DNA from: Candidatus Micrarchaeota archaeon
GTDB lineage: Archaea > Micrarchaeota > Micrarchaeia > Norongarragalinales > SBBD01
Reading direction: 5' to 3'
NCBI GenBank assembly: GCA_018819225.1
Contig: JAHJQN010000004.1
Coordinates: 685-64,684, forward strand
DNA length: 64,000 bases
Shown here: piece by piece, positions 43,795 to 52,925 of the stretch
Numbering within the stretch: position 1 is the stretch's first letter
Layout: every line of letters starts with the position of its first letter
Notes under the pieces: model-generated
The model's database searches: none
What the model was told of the DNA's origin: nothing
Seen by the model: the letters and a program-made list of their open reading frames with translations, nothing else
Made by a program: the position numbers and the translations under genes

Positions 43795-44475
43795 ATGCAG
43801 AAACATGATATCCTTCCGCTGATTTTGATTCTGGCTTCTTTTTTTCTGGCATTCGCGTATTATGATTCCGTTCCAGACGACATGGCGATTCATTTCGATG
43901 CATCCGGTCATCCTGAGGAGTTCGTGCACAAATCCGTCGGACTCGTCTTGGTTCCCGTCATTGGCATCATCGTATTCCTCCTCCTGCGCTTCCTGCCCTT
44001 GTTCGCCACGGATACGGATCGTAAACAGTTGCTGCACATGAGTCGCATCATTTACGGACTCGCCATGTTCATTCTATTCTTTTTCTTATTCGTTCAAGTC
44101 TTCATCATTGCCTCGAATACCGGGTATCGCGTTTCGGTTTCGTTGTTCTCGATCCCGCTCGCCATATTATTCGGCTATTTGGGTTGGGTGATGCCGAAGC
44201 TGGAGCGGAATTACTTCATAGGACTCCGTTTTCCTTGGACGTTGGCGGATAACGAAAATTGGGTGCTCACGCACCGGTTTTCCCGGTATCTGTTTCTATC
44301 CGCTTCCCTGTTCATCCTATCCTCCTTGTACTTTACGACGTATGGCATCTGGCTCATCATCGTTCCCATTATTTTGACCCTATTCGTCAGCGCCGCTTAT
44401 TCCTACAAATTATATCGTAAGACGCATTCTGGAATCGTGAAAACGAAATCGAGGTCCGCGCGTAAAAAACGTTAA
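43795..44475 (+). CDS. Membrane protein, DUF1648/SdpI-like
   Basis: 226 aa with several TM helices. The N-terminal pattern P..MAIHFDASG.P resembles DUF1648. Confidence 0.55.
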   Translation: MQKHDILPLILILASFFLAFAYYDSVPDDMAIHFDASGHPEEFVHKSVGLVLVPVIGIIVFLLLRFLPLFATDTDRKQLLHMSRIIYGLAMFILFFFLFVQVFIIASNTGYRVSVSLFSIPLAILFGYLGWVMPKLERNYFIGLRFPWTLADNENWVLTHRFSRYLFLSASLFILSSLYFTTYGIWLIIVPIILTLFVSAAYSYKLYRKTHSGIVKTKSRSARKKR

Positions 44476-45641
44476 ACCAGGATCGCTTTTTTCTTGCAAA
44501 GGAGAAGTACGGCGACATTCTCCGGGAGTTCTTTTTCTTCCTCTTTCTTCAACGCATAGGATTCTCCTTGCAGTTCGAAAGCCGCCGCCTCCTTCATTTT
44601 CATTCGAACCCGAGCTGTTCTTGAAAACGCGAGAGCTTCTTTCGTGGGATCGAAGGTTGGCAGTTCCTGTTGGCTCATGGTTTTGGCGATGAATCCCGTG
44701 TCCCCATGAAGCGATTGCGGCATGCGAATCAATCGAACCATATCGTACGATACGCGTTCGTCCACGTTGACGCTTTTCAGTTGCATGGTGCGTTGCAATA
44801 GATCTCGCCAGACGGTTTCCAATCCTTTGACGGCGCCCCAATTTCCCCGATCGATGTTTTGAATCATTAACGCCTGATTTTCCTTGATGAAATTGATTTG
44901 TTTTTTCGAGAGCCCTTCTTTCTTCATTTCCTCTTCGTTTCCGCGTTCAACGAGTCCCCTCGCTTTCGCGTAGACTCGTCCACTCCATCCTCTGGACGCG
45001 CTGGTGGGGCCCCGCAACACGTACTTGCGGCTCCCCAAATCCTGTTTTACAAATACGCGATCCATATCCAATGATTGAGCGGTCACGTAGTTCGAGAGTT
45101 GTTTGCGCGCTTCTTGCGACAACGATCTCACGCTGTCATCATCCACGTGCACGTGATATCCCTTTTGTCCCGAGAAGTTGATGGACAGATTTTTTTTTGA
45201 AAAACCGAAGTCTCCCAACAGATAGTCTTCCACGAGCGCATGCGTTTCCTCGCGTACCTTGTTCAAACAATGCGTGCATAACATCGGATTATGGTTTTCG
45301 TGTTCATACCCTGCATCCAAGTCAAAGATCAGTTCGGCGCCATGCGGCTCTTTTTTTCCCATGGGCGTCGCACCGGGATACCGGTAATAGGCCGCGGAAT
45401 ATGAAATGAAGAACGGGGATTCTCGTTGTATGAATTCCTGCAGTCCATGCGCGCTCTCGAATTGTTTGTGCCTATACTCGATTTTGCGCTCGAATCCGAA
45501 TCCGAATTCGCGTTCGTGTAACAAGCGCGGCGGGACCAAATGTTCGCGGTAATATCCCCTAAACTTGGCGCGCAAATAGTCCATTTCCTTGGGTGCGATG
45601 GTTAACGCGGTTACTGAGCTCATGTAGGCAGAGTGGCCCAA
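44472..45641 (-). CDS. priS: DNA primase small (catalytic) subunit PriS
   Basis: 389 aa. AELIFDLDA (DxD) and SGQKGYHVHV motifs of archaeo-eukaryotic primases. Confidence 0.85.
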   Translation of the reverse strand: MGHSAYMSSVTALTIAPKEMDYLRAKFRGYYREHLVPPRLLHEREFGFGFERKIEYRHKQFESAHGLQEFIQRESPFFISYSAAYYRYPGATPMGKKEPHGAELIFDLDAGYEHENHNPMLCTHCLNKVREETHALVEDYLLGDFGFSKKNLSINFSGQKGYHVHVDDDSVRSLSQEARKQLSNYVTAQSLDMDRVFVKQDLGSRKYVLRGPTSASRGWSGRVYAKARGLVERGNEEEMKKEGLSKKQINFIKENQALMIQNIDRGNWGAVKGLETVWRDLLQRTMQLKSVNVDERVSYDMVRLIRMPQSLHGDTGFIAKTMSQQELPTFDPTKEALAFSRTARVRMKMKEAAAFELQGESYALKKEEEKELPENVAVLLLCKKKAILV

Positions 45642-45796
45642 TAACTATTAATACCGTGCGGTGCCCTATTGCCGTTGAAACCATTTTTCGCATTTCCTCG
45701 GATCTCTCCGTCATAAATTTCGAAAAAAATGAGTTGCAAAAGAGCGAAAGTTATTATTCGCGGTTCCGGTATTTTCGAATGCGGGTTATGACGGCC

Positions 45797-47011
45797 TTAC
45801 TTGTACCGCAGGAACACGCCTAAACCCCGGAACGTCGCATGAAATTGTTCTCCGTCATGAGTATCCGTTGAAACGAGTTCGATTTCCACGCCGGATTTCT
45901 CCGCTTTTTCCTGAAGGATGTCGACGATGTTTATGCTCTTCACGATCTTTGCCTTCCCTTCCACTTTAGAGCACTTGAATATCGTCGTGGCTGGGTCGAT
46001 CGGACCTTCGATCACTTTCTTCTCGGTACTCCCGTCCGGGCATTCGAGCGTGACGTCATGCAGTTCCAATCCTTCCGTAATCAGCAGTTTGCTGGCTTTC
46101 CCGGTCTCGAGGGCCTCCCGGATTTCTTTGAGCCCGTACGTCGCTAATCCTTGCGTGCTGACTTCCCGCATGAAATGATCCAACAGCACCTTTTCTTCCA
46201 CGGCTTCGGCCTCGGAAATGAGGTCCTGGCTTTTTTCCAGGAGCTCGCGCAATCCGACTTCTTCCGTATAACCGGTATCCACGACGCCAATCACGTTGAG
46301 CTGGTGATGAAACGGCTTCATTCTGAGGAAATTTTCTTTGGCGGGCCCTGGGCCTCCGATAATCACGCCTTTCAAATTCTTTTCTTCCGCAAACGTGCTC
46401 ATCGCTTCCCCAATTCGCTTGTAATAATATTCCACTCCTTCCGTATGCAAACGGTCGAATCGTGCAGCAGACTGTCCTCCTTTCATGACTTTCTGGTGCG
46501 CCGTGCTATGCAGTTTCTTGATGATTTTCGTCCGTTTCCCTTTCAATAATGCGACCGTTGCCTCTTTCCCGTCCATGACCACGAGTCCATAACTCCCGGT
46601 TTGCTCCAGCATTTCTTCCAATGGTTCAATAGCAAATGCGGAATCGCATCGATAGAACTGGGTTCCTAGAGGGGTTGGCGGTATGATGGCGAAAAGCTGG
46701 AGGTCCTGTTTGCCTTCGCGTTGGCTGGTATTCCCGCAGAAAATGGCTACTCCTTTAGGGGGGGCTTTATGACCAAGTGTTTTCAAGTATTGCAAAACCT
46801 TATCCAATGCACCTTGCACGTTCTTTTGCGTTGTTTTGCTCTTAATGTTCGAGGCTTGCCCGTATTCGTCTTTCAACTTGGAGGATATGTCGGATACCGC
46901 GTATCCCGGGGTTATATATACGGAAATGAGCTCGGTTCCCCTCCCCTTGATCTTCTTCAATAAATCAATCTGCTTCTTGAACTCGTACGTCTCCTTGCTG
47001 AGCTTGGACAT
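45797..47011 (-). CDS. prf1: Peptide chain release factor aRF1
   Basis: 404 aa. NIKS motif (ASNIKSK) and GGQ motif (MKGGQSAARF). Confidence 0.93.
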   Translation of the reverse strand: MSKLSKETYEFKKQIDLLKKIKGRGTELISVYITPGYAVSDISSKLKDEYGQASNIKSKTTQKNVQGALDKVLQYLKTLGHKAPPKGVAIFCGNTSQREGKQDLQLFAIIPPTPLGTQFYRCDSAFAIEPLEEMLEQTGSYGLVVMDGKEATVALLKGKRTKIIKKLHSTAHQKVMKGGQSAARFDRLHTEGVEYYYKRIGEAMSTFAEEKNLKGVIIGGPGPAKENFLRMKPFHHQLNVIGVVDTGYTEEVGLRELLEKSQDLISEAEAVEEKVLLDHFMREVSTQGLATYGLKEIREALETGKASKLLITEGLELHDVTLECPDGSTEKKVIEGPIDPATTIFKCSKVEGKAKIVKSINIVDILQEKAEKSGVEIELVSTDTHDGEQFHATFRGLGVFLRYK

Positions 47012-47171
47012 GCGTCTTCAACCATGGTTTAATGTATATTGATGGACTAAAGCCTATGGACCGGGGCTTATAAACCGTTCTCGCTTAGTATTAATGTTAC
47101 TACTGGTTAATGGGAACGTTTATTAAGGAGTTTCGTCATATATAAATACGCTATTCCAGCGAGGGGCCATC

Positions 47172-47582
47172 ATGAACAACTCGGTTAAACTATATCTCGT
47201 ATCGTGCGGTAACTGCAAGTCGCGACAGGTATGGGATTCGGTGACTTATTATCGCATTTGCAACAATTGTGATTCCGCTTTGGTGTTGCGAACGGCTTCT
47301 CAAGTGGATTTATCCAAAGCGAAGGCCGAAAGCAATGGTAATCCCTTGGTGTACTCGCCTTACTTGGTCTATACGCTGGGTCCGGAAGAAGTGGATGTGG
47401 CCGTGATCGAGAAACGGCGCCGGCAGAAGGAGATGAAACAAGATATTGCGGACCGTCGGCAGTACGCGGAATCCGCCCGGTTTGTTTTTCCATCCAAACG
47501 CGCACCCGTGAAGAAGTCCAAGCCGTCTAAAGGAAAGAAAGTGAAGGGTGCCGTGAGCACTCAGAAAAAGCGCCGAAGTTAA
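47172..47582 (+). CDS. Zinc-ribbon protein with a Lys-rich tail
   Basis: 136 aa. CGNC...CNNC pair and a basic C-terminus. Confidence 0.5.
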   Translation: MNNSVKLYLVSCGNCKSRQVWDSVTYYRICNNCDSALVLRTASQVDLSKAKAESNGNPLVYSPYLVYTLGPEEVDVAVIEKRRRQKEMKQDIADRRQYAESARFVFPSKRAPVKKSKPSKGKKVKGAVSTQKKRRS

Positions 47583-47593
47583 TCGGCGAATAC

Positions 47594-48394
47594 TTACGCT
47601 TTTCTTCCGATCATCAACGCTCCGATAGCCGTCGCGTGCTCTGCATTAATCGGAACCCTCATCTTTCCTCCAAAAAGCTCCATGACCGCTTGAAGGCGTT
47701 CCCGGACTCGTTTGTTTCGGGCCACGACCCGTCCCGTGAAAACAATATCGTTAACGTGTTCTTTCTTCGCGGCAATGGCGGCTAATGTTCCCACGGATTC
47801 GGATACCAGGTTGAGCAAGCTGTACGCCACGTCTTCCTTCCGCGCCCTTTTCGTTTTGGTGGCTTGAGCGAAGTTACTGGCCGTCGCATCCGGGGGAACG
47901 ATTCCAACGGATCCTCCGGCGGCTTCGCCTACGGTCAAATCCAGGGTTGGTTTTCCTTTGCTGGCGAGTCGCTCGATTTCTTCGACGGGAACGTCTAAGA
48001 GTAATTTTCCGAGTCCGGCAAGCGTTCCTCCTCCGATTCCCGTTCCTACGACGTGCTTGACATTCTTTCCTTCCACCAATACCAGAGGGGTTCCGGTGCC
48101 AATGTTGACGACGAGCATGCGATTCATTTTCGTTAGGTACCTGGCTCCTTCTCCGATGGCCTCTATTTCAGGGACTCGAAGGACGTTCATGTTGCGCTCC
48201 AATTGCCGTATGCCTTCATTTTTTTTTTCCACGACGGCGATGCCGCCCGTAAACGCCACTTCATGTCCTTTTTTCAACAATGTCTCTAGGCGTTGAAAGG
48301 TGAACGAATCGGACGGAATAGTATACGTTTTCAAACGACTGTTCTTGAATAGCACGACGTCCGTATACGATGCTCCAAAATCGACTCCGATCAT
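47594..48394 (-). CDS. ASKHA-fold kinase, type II pantothenate kinase-like
   Basis: 266 aa. IGVDFGASYTD, NIGTGTP and GTGIGGGTLAGLGKLL resemble PanK-II/fumble motifs. Confidence 0.55.
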   Translation of the reverse strand: MIGVDFGASYTDVVLFKNSRLKTYTIPSDSFTFQRLETLLKKGHEVAFTGGIAVVEKKNEGIRQLERNMNVLRVPEIEAIGEGARYLTKMNRMLVVNIGTGTPLVLVEGKNVKHVVGTGIGGGTLAGLGKLLLDVPVEEIERLASKGKPTLDLTVGEAAGGSVGIVPPDATASNFAQATKTKRARKEDVAYSLLNLVSESVGTLAAIAAKKEHVNDIVFTGRVVARNKRVRERLQAVMELFGGKMRVPINAEHATAIGALMIGRKA

Positions 48395-48458
48395 TTGAAA
48401 ACCGCGATTCTAAAACGCGTACGGATTTAAAAGCCCGTGGATTCTTCGGTTGTTTTAG

Positions 48459-48788
48459 GTGGTACGCATGAAACAATGGGTCAAGATCCGACGTTTGGGT
48501 GCCATTAATACCGGAAAGATCCTAGCCGTGTGGATGGCTTTTATAGGCGTCGTCTATGCCGTAATATTCTTGCTGGTATTCAGCATCGGCTTCCTAACAA
48601 AAGCGTCACCGGCAAGTGGCGTGTTTGCAGGGGGTTTGGGTCTATTGATGTTCGCGCTGTTCCCTGTTCTGTTTGCGATAATGGGATTCGTTTACGGAAT
48701 CACTGGTGCAGCCATCTTCAATTTCCTTGTCGCCCGCATGGACGGTTGGGACATGCTAATGGAGTTCCCTGGCCCGAAAAAACGCTGA
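48459..48788 (+). CDS. Small membrane protein
   Basis: 109 aa with 2-3 hydrophobic helices. No homology inferred. Confidence 0.4.
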   Translation: MVRMKQWVKIRRLGAINTGKILAVWMAFIGVVYAVIFLLVFSIGFLTKASPASGVFAGGLGLLMFALFPVLFAIMGFVYGITGAAIFNFLVARMDGWDMLMEFPGPKKR

Positions 48789-48802
48789 TTTCTCTACGGT
48801 TT

Positions 48803-50449
48803 TCAAAGAATAAAGAGGGCAGCGAATGCCATGAGGGCCAGCGCCACGCCCACAATACCTTCCCCGGCAATAGCGCCTGCTGAAAGCACTCTACCTTTTT
48901 CCGTCCATTGCCTTTTATCGGCAACATGCCGTATCAATCCGCCAATGAATAGCGGGAACGAGAGTTCAATGGGAACATACATACCGATTCCGAACGCGAT
49001 ACTGGCAATGCCCCATCCCATGTAATTCGTGAACAACGTGAGAACGATTCCGAGCACGATTCCCATCTGCATCATAAGCGGAATCGTTGGTTGGGAAAGA
49101 ATTTCTTTTAGTGCGACGGCTTGGGGTGCCGGCAAGTCAACAGACCCTATTCCGTACGTGTATTGAAGCGCGAACAACACGGTTCCTAATACGATGGCTG
49201 CAGACACCAATCCAACGAGCTGCGCGACAATCTGATGTTCGGGTCTGGTTTTCAATATGTGCCCGGTTTTCAGATCCTGCATCACGTCCCCTGCTGTTCC
49301 TGCCGCGATGGCCACGATGGCCGCGAGAACTACTAAATACAGCGCGTTGAAACCGAACACTATTTTCGCAATCAGCATGACGAGGAACGCAAAGATTTCA
49401 AGGGGGTCGACGTTCATTTCCCCGGTGACGCGGGCAGCCACGAACGCCATGACAAAAGCCCCCATCATTGCAAATACCGCTAACACGACGTTCATTTCCG
49501 TGATGATGGTGAGTATGCCGGTAGCGACAATAATCGCCATTCCTGCGATCCGGCTTTGTTTCGCCTTATCCCACTCTTTCAACATGATCGATAGGGCGCG
49601 CAGGCCGTGTAAAATGAAATACGCGATGGCGGCCCCGAATACGATTCCGACTCCAATGGGTTTCGCGGTTTCAATGACGACTGAAAACTTGTCGCTCGCT
49701 CCCAGCATTAAGAAGTAGGGCACGATAAGGAAATACGTGGCAATGGCTCCCAAGAACCATGCGAACGTGAACCGCGGGCCAATTAAGTACCCGCCCGCAA
49801 ACGGAATCAATGAAATGGAACTTCCCAGTGAAAATGGTTTGGCGAGCGAGGATTTCAACGTTTCCAGATTGACGTATGCGGGAATCCATGCCAAGTAATC
49901 TCGGATGAACGAGAATGCGGCTCCGACTCCGATGGCTCCAAACAACCACCGAGCGTGTTTTCCTCCCCGGTCACCGGCTTTGATGAGCGATGCGGCCGCA
50001 GCTCCGTCAGGGTACGGCAGCTTGTCGCGTTCAATCATTTGTTTTCGTAACGGAACCGAGAACGCGAGTCCAATACCTCCTCCAATGATGGATATCCAGA
50101 AGATGTCCCACGTGCTGATGTCCATTCCGAGCATCCAGATAGCTGGAATCGTAAAGATCAAGCCCGCAGCCAGCAATCCTCCGGTGTTCGCTGCGGTTTG
50201 AAGAATATTCACTTCATTGGGATCCGTTTTTCCAAATAGTTTTAGCAATGCCAGTGCCACGAGCGAGGTCGTGAGAATCGGCCAGTATACGCCTCCGATT
50301 TTCAATCCGGCGAAAGCAGAGTACATGCCGACGAATATGGATAGAATGGCTCCCATCAATAGGGCGCGCAGGGTCAACGGAGGCCTCAACTTCAAACCCA
50401 TGAATAATCGTCCTAGCGGTTCGTCAATTCTTTCCATTTTTTCAGACAT
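48803..50449 (-). CDS. Polytopic membrane transporter, OPT (oligopeptide transporter) family-like
   Basis: 548 aa and highly hydrophobic throughout. The family call comes from length and general pattern only. Confidence 0.5.
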   Translation of the reverse strand: MSEKMERIDEPLGRLFMGLKLRPPLTLRALLMGAILSIFVGMYSAFAGLKIGGVYWPILTTSLVALALLKLFGKTDPNEVNILQTAANTGGLLAAGLIFTIPAIWMLGMDISTWDIFWISIIGGGIGLAFSVPLRKQMIERDKLPYPDGAAAASLIKAGDRGGKHARWLFGAIGVGAAFSFIRDYLAWIPAYVNLETLKSSLAKPFSLGSSISLIPFAGGYLIGPRFTFAWFLGAIATYFLIVPYFLMLGASDKFSVVIETAKPIGVGIVFGAAIAYFILHGLRALSIMLKEWDKAKQSRIAGMAIIVATGILTIITEMNVVLAVFAMMGAFVMAFVAARVTGEMNVDPLEIFAFLVMLIAKIVFGFNALYLVVLAAIVAIAAGTAGDVMQDLKTGHILKTRPEHQIVAQLVGLVSAAIVLGTVLFALQYTYGIGSVDLPAPQAVALKEILSQPTIPLMMQMGIVLGIVLTLFTNYMGWGIASIAFGIGMYVPIELSFPLFIGGLIRHVADKRQWTEKGRVLSAGAIAGEGIVGVALALMAFAALFIL

Positions 50450-50872
50450 TGCTTATAAGCCTTTCCGTCCCCGCGTTTTTTCGTCAATAATAGAACTTTA
50501 TCTCCCTCCTCAAATGGACTTCGCCAATACCTTTTTATGGAGTCGGTAATATGGATTTTCATATGATGATCATTGACGTGGTTTCCGTGAAAGCATCGGT
50601 TTCGTGGTCCATTGTCCTCGCGATCCTACTCTTGGTATTGATTGTCATAATTTATTTTGCTTCAAAGCAGCCTCCCCCTGATTCATCTTCTGGGAATATC
50701 CCTCGGACCGGAGTGGAATTGGAGAGCTTGATAGAAAGAGCGCGCGATTCCGTAAACGAAACGCCTTCGCAGTCCCACTAGCCACTCGAAGTTTTGTAAA
50801 AAAGGGTAGCGCGGAGCCGTTTCTGACTCCGCAAAAGTAGTGCGATTGCAAGAAAGAAAATGTTAGAACGGA

Positions 50873-51166
50873 TTAACCGAACAAGGACGCGAGACCCGCT
50901 GCAGCTTCTTCTTCCTTCTTTTCTTCCTTTTCTTCTTCCTTCTTGTCTGCTTTCTTGCCTTCTGCCGTTCCGGCAGCTGGTGCCGCGACGACGGCCGCTT
51001 GCTTGATGGCCTCCTCGATGTTCACGCCATCGAGTGACGCGACGAGGCTCTTCACTTTCGCCTCATCCGGTTGAGCGCCGATTGCGGACAACGTTTTCTT
51101 GACGTTATCTTCGTTGATCGGCTGCTTCGTCGAGTGCAGCAACAAGGCCGCATATACGTACTCCAT
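50873..51166 (-). CDS. rpl12: Ribosomal stalk protein aP1 (L12e)
   Basis: [12 protein letters not shown]-terminus, Ala/Glu/Lys-rich hinge and C-terminal GLASLFG. Confidence 0.93.
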   Translation of the reverse strand: MEYVYAALLLHSTKQPINEDNVKKTLSAIGAQPDEAKVKSLVASLDGVNIEEAIKQAAVVAAPAAGTAEGKKADKKEEEKEEKKEEEAAAGLASLFG

Positions 51167-51187
51167 CTCAAAACACCTCTAGAAACA

Positions 51188-52063
51188 CTATTCTTTTTTC
51201 TCTTCCTCTTTCGTTTCAACTGGTTTTTCAGCCAAACTCTCCTCCTTCTTTTCTTCCGCTGGTTTCTCTTCTTCTTTCTTCTCTCCGGCGGGTCGACCGC
51301 TCTTGGATTCCACGAGCGAGCTAATCGCGTTGGCTTCGCGGGCGGCTTTCTGAATGAGGAGTTCGATGCTGTAACGGTTCATGATACCTGCGAACACGGA
51401 TAGATTCAATGCGTGCTGGTGCGCGCTGGTTAGGCCGGAAATCCATTGCTCTTCGCTGATATCCAACACGTCTTCTTTATACAACGTTCCGTTATCAAAA
51501 GCGGCCCGCATTTTCATGCGGATTTCCATGGGCTCCACGTTCAGTTTTTGAAGGATGGAAACCACGCTCAATGAAATGGGCTCGCCTTTCTTCGCGACCA
51601 TGGAATCCTTCGAGATGACGACTTTCGGGCCCTGGATACGCGCATTGACTTTGGCAAGCTTTAATTCCGTGAGAATGGGTCCGGGAGGCAGGCTCGTTTC
51701 TCCAGCGGGAATCACGATGTCGTCGGGCGCGATTTGCCCGGCTTTCGCGAACGTCTTGCTCCTATTTTGCCTCAACCATTTCGCGAGATGGAACGGGTTG
51801 TCGTTCGATAACAATAACACGCAACTGCCTTCGAGGAACGTCTGCAGTTCTTTTAATTCGGGTCGGGCTTCATCCAATGCTCTTCGCATGAGCGTTTCCC
51901 GCGTCATGATGACTTCCGCTTTTCCTTTCAGGTTCTTGCGAATGCGGTTGTAATGCTTGGACGGCAAATTTTGAATACTGGCTACTGCCACGACTTTGTT
52001 CTCGCCGAGCTTTTTCTTCAGCTCTTTTACGGTCTGTTTTTTGTCTTTCCTGCTAAGAACCAT
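51188..52063 (-). CDS. rpl10: Ribosomal protein uL10 (aP0)
   Basis: 291 aa, between uL1 and aP1, with an acidic/Lys-rich C-terminal tail. Confidence 0.9.
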   Translation of the reverse strand: MVLSRKDKKQTVKELKKKLGENKVVAVASIQNLPSKHYNRIRKNLKGKAEVIMTRETLMRRALDEARPELKELQTFLEGSCVLLLSNDNPFHLAKWLRQNRSKTFAKAGQIAPDDIVIPAGETSLPPGPILTELKLAKVNARIQGPKVVISKDSMVAKKGEPISLSVVSILQKLNVEPMEIRMKMRAAFDNGTLYKEDVLDISEEQWISGLTSAHQHALNLSVFAGIMNRYSIELLIQKAAREANAISSLVESKSGRPAGEKKEEEKPAEEKKEESLAEKPVETKEEEKKE

Positions 52064-52064
52064 T

Positions 52065-52694
52065 TTAGTTCACGCAAATGGGTTTTCCCATCGTGGTTTT
52101 GATGCAAATGTTTCGAATTTGGGTTTCGGAAACGGATCGGCGAACCGCTTCCATTACGGTCATCACGTTTTCGGTAATGTGGTCAATGGGGAGCGTTTCT
52201 TTTGCGACAATGCAATGCAAGGCCGGTAAATACCGCCCTTTTGTTTTGAGGTTGATGCGCCGACGCGCCTTATCGACCGCATCTTCCACGTTCTGGTTGG
52301 GCAGCAACGGCTTGGGCAGTTTTCCATGGGCTCCAAGCACTTGTCCGAACGTTTTTCCCACCAGCGCCATCATTTGCGGCTGGGCGAGGAACGTGTAATT
52401 CAATAGACTTTTTTGTTTCTTGCGGTCTCCGGCATACGCTTGAATCTCTTCCGTCGTAATGACCATATCCGCGGCTTTGCGCGCTTCCAGCGCCGTTTGT
52501 CCTTCCGCAAAAATCCCGACTTTCACTTCTTTTGCGGGATACGGTAACGTGACGTCGACACTGATCCGGTTTTCCGGTTTCTTGAAATCCACGTCTTGGA
52601 AATTGATCGCCAAATCCACGCTTTGCGTAAACTTTCGGCTCCCTTTTTCCTTGATGGCTTCTTCAATGGCTTTTTGAACTTGTTCTCGGTTCAT
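52065..52694 (-). CDS. rpl1: Ribosomal protein uL1
   Basis: 209 aa. The N-terminus KAIEEAIKEKGSRKFTQSVDLAINF is typical of uL1. Conserved L1-L10-L12 gene order. Confidence 0.9.
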   Translation of the reverse strand: MNREQVQKAIEEAIKEKGSRKFTQSVDLAINFQDVDFKKPENRISVDVTLPYPAKEVKVGIFAEGQTALEARKAADMVITTEEIQAYAGDRKKQKSLLNYTFLAQPQMMALVGKTFGQVLGAHGKLPKPLLPNQNVEDAVDKARRRINLKTKGRYLPALHCIVAKETLPIDHITENVMTVMEAVRRSVSETQIRNICIKTTMGKPICVN

Positions 52695-52925
52695 GTCGCA
52701 TCGACCGTCCGATTCCTACCGGACCTATGTTTTTCCCAAAGCGCCTGTTGCACCAAGCGAACCCCTCCTGCTAGAAGCAGTGCGAGCGGGAAAATCAGCG
52801 TGTTTTATAGTACGGATGAAGCTTTATAAATATGCGTTTTGTTTGCGCGCTGTGAATAACGAACGTTTTTTAAAGACGGGCGCGTTGCTTTCGTTGATTC
52901 CGCTTGATGAGGGGGGTGTACGAAT

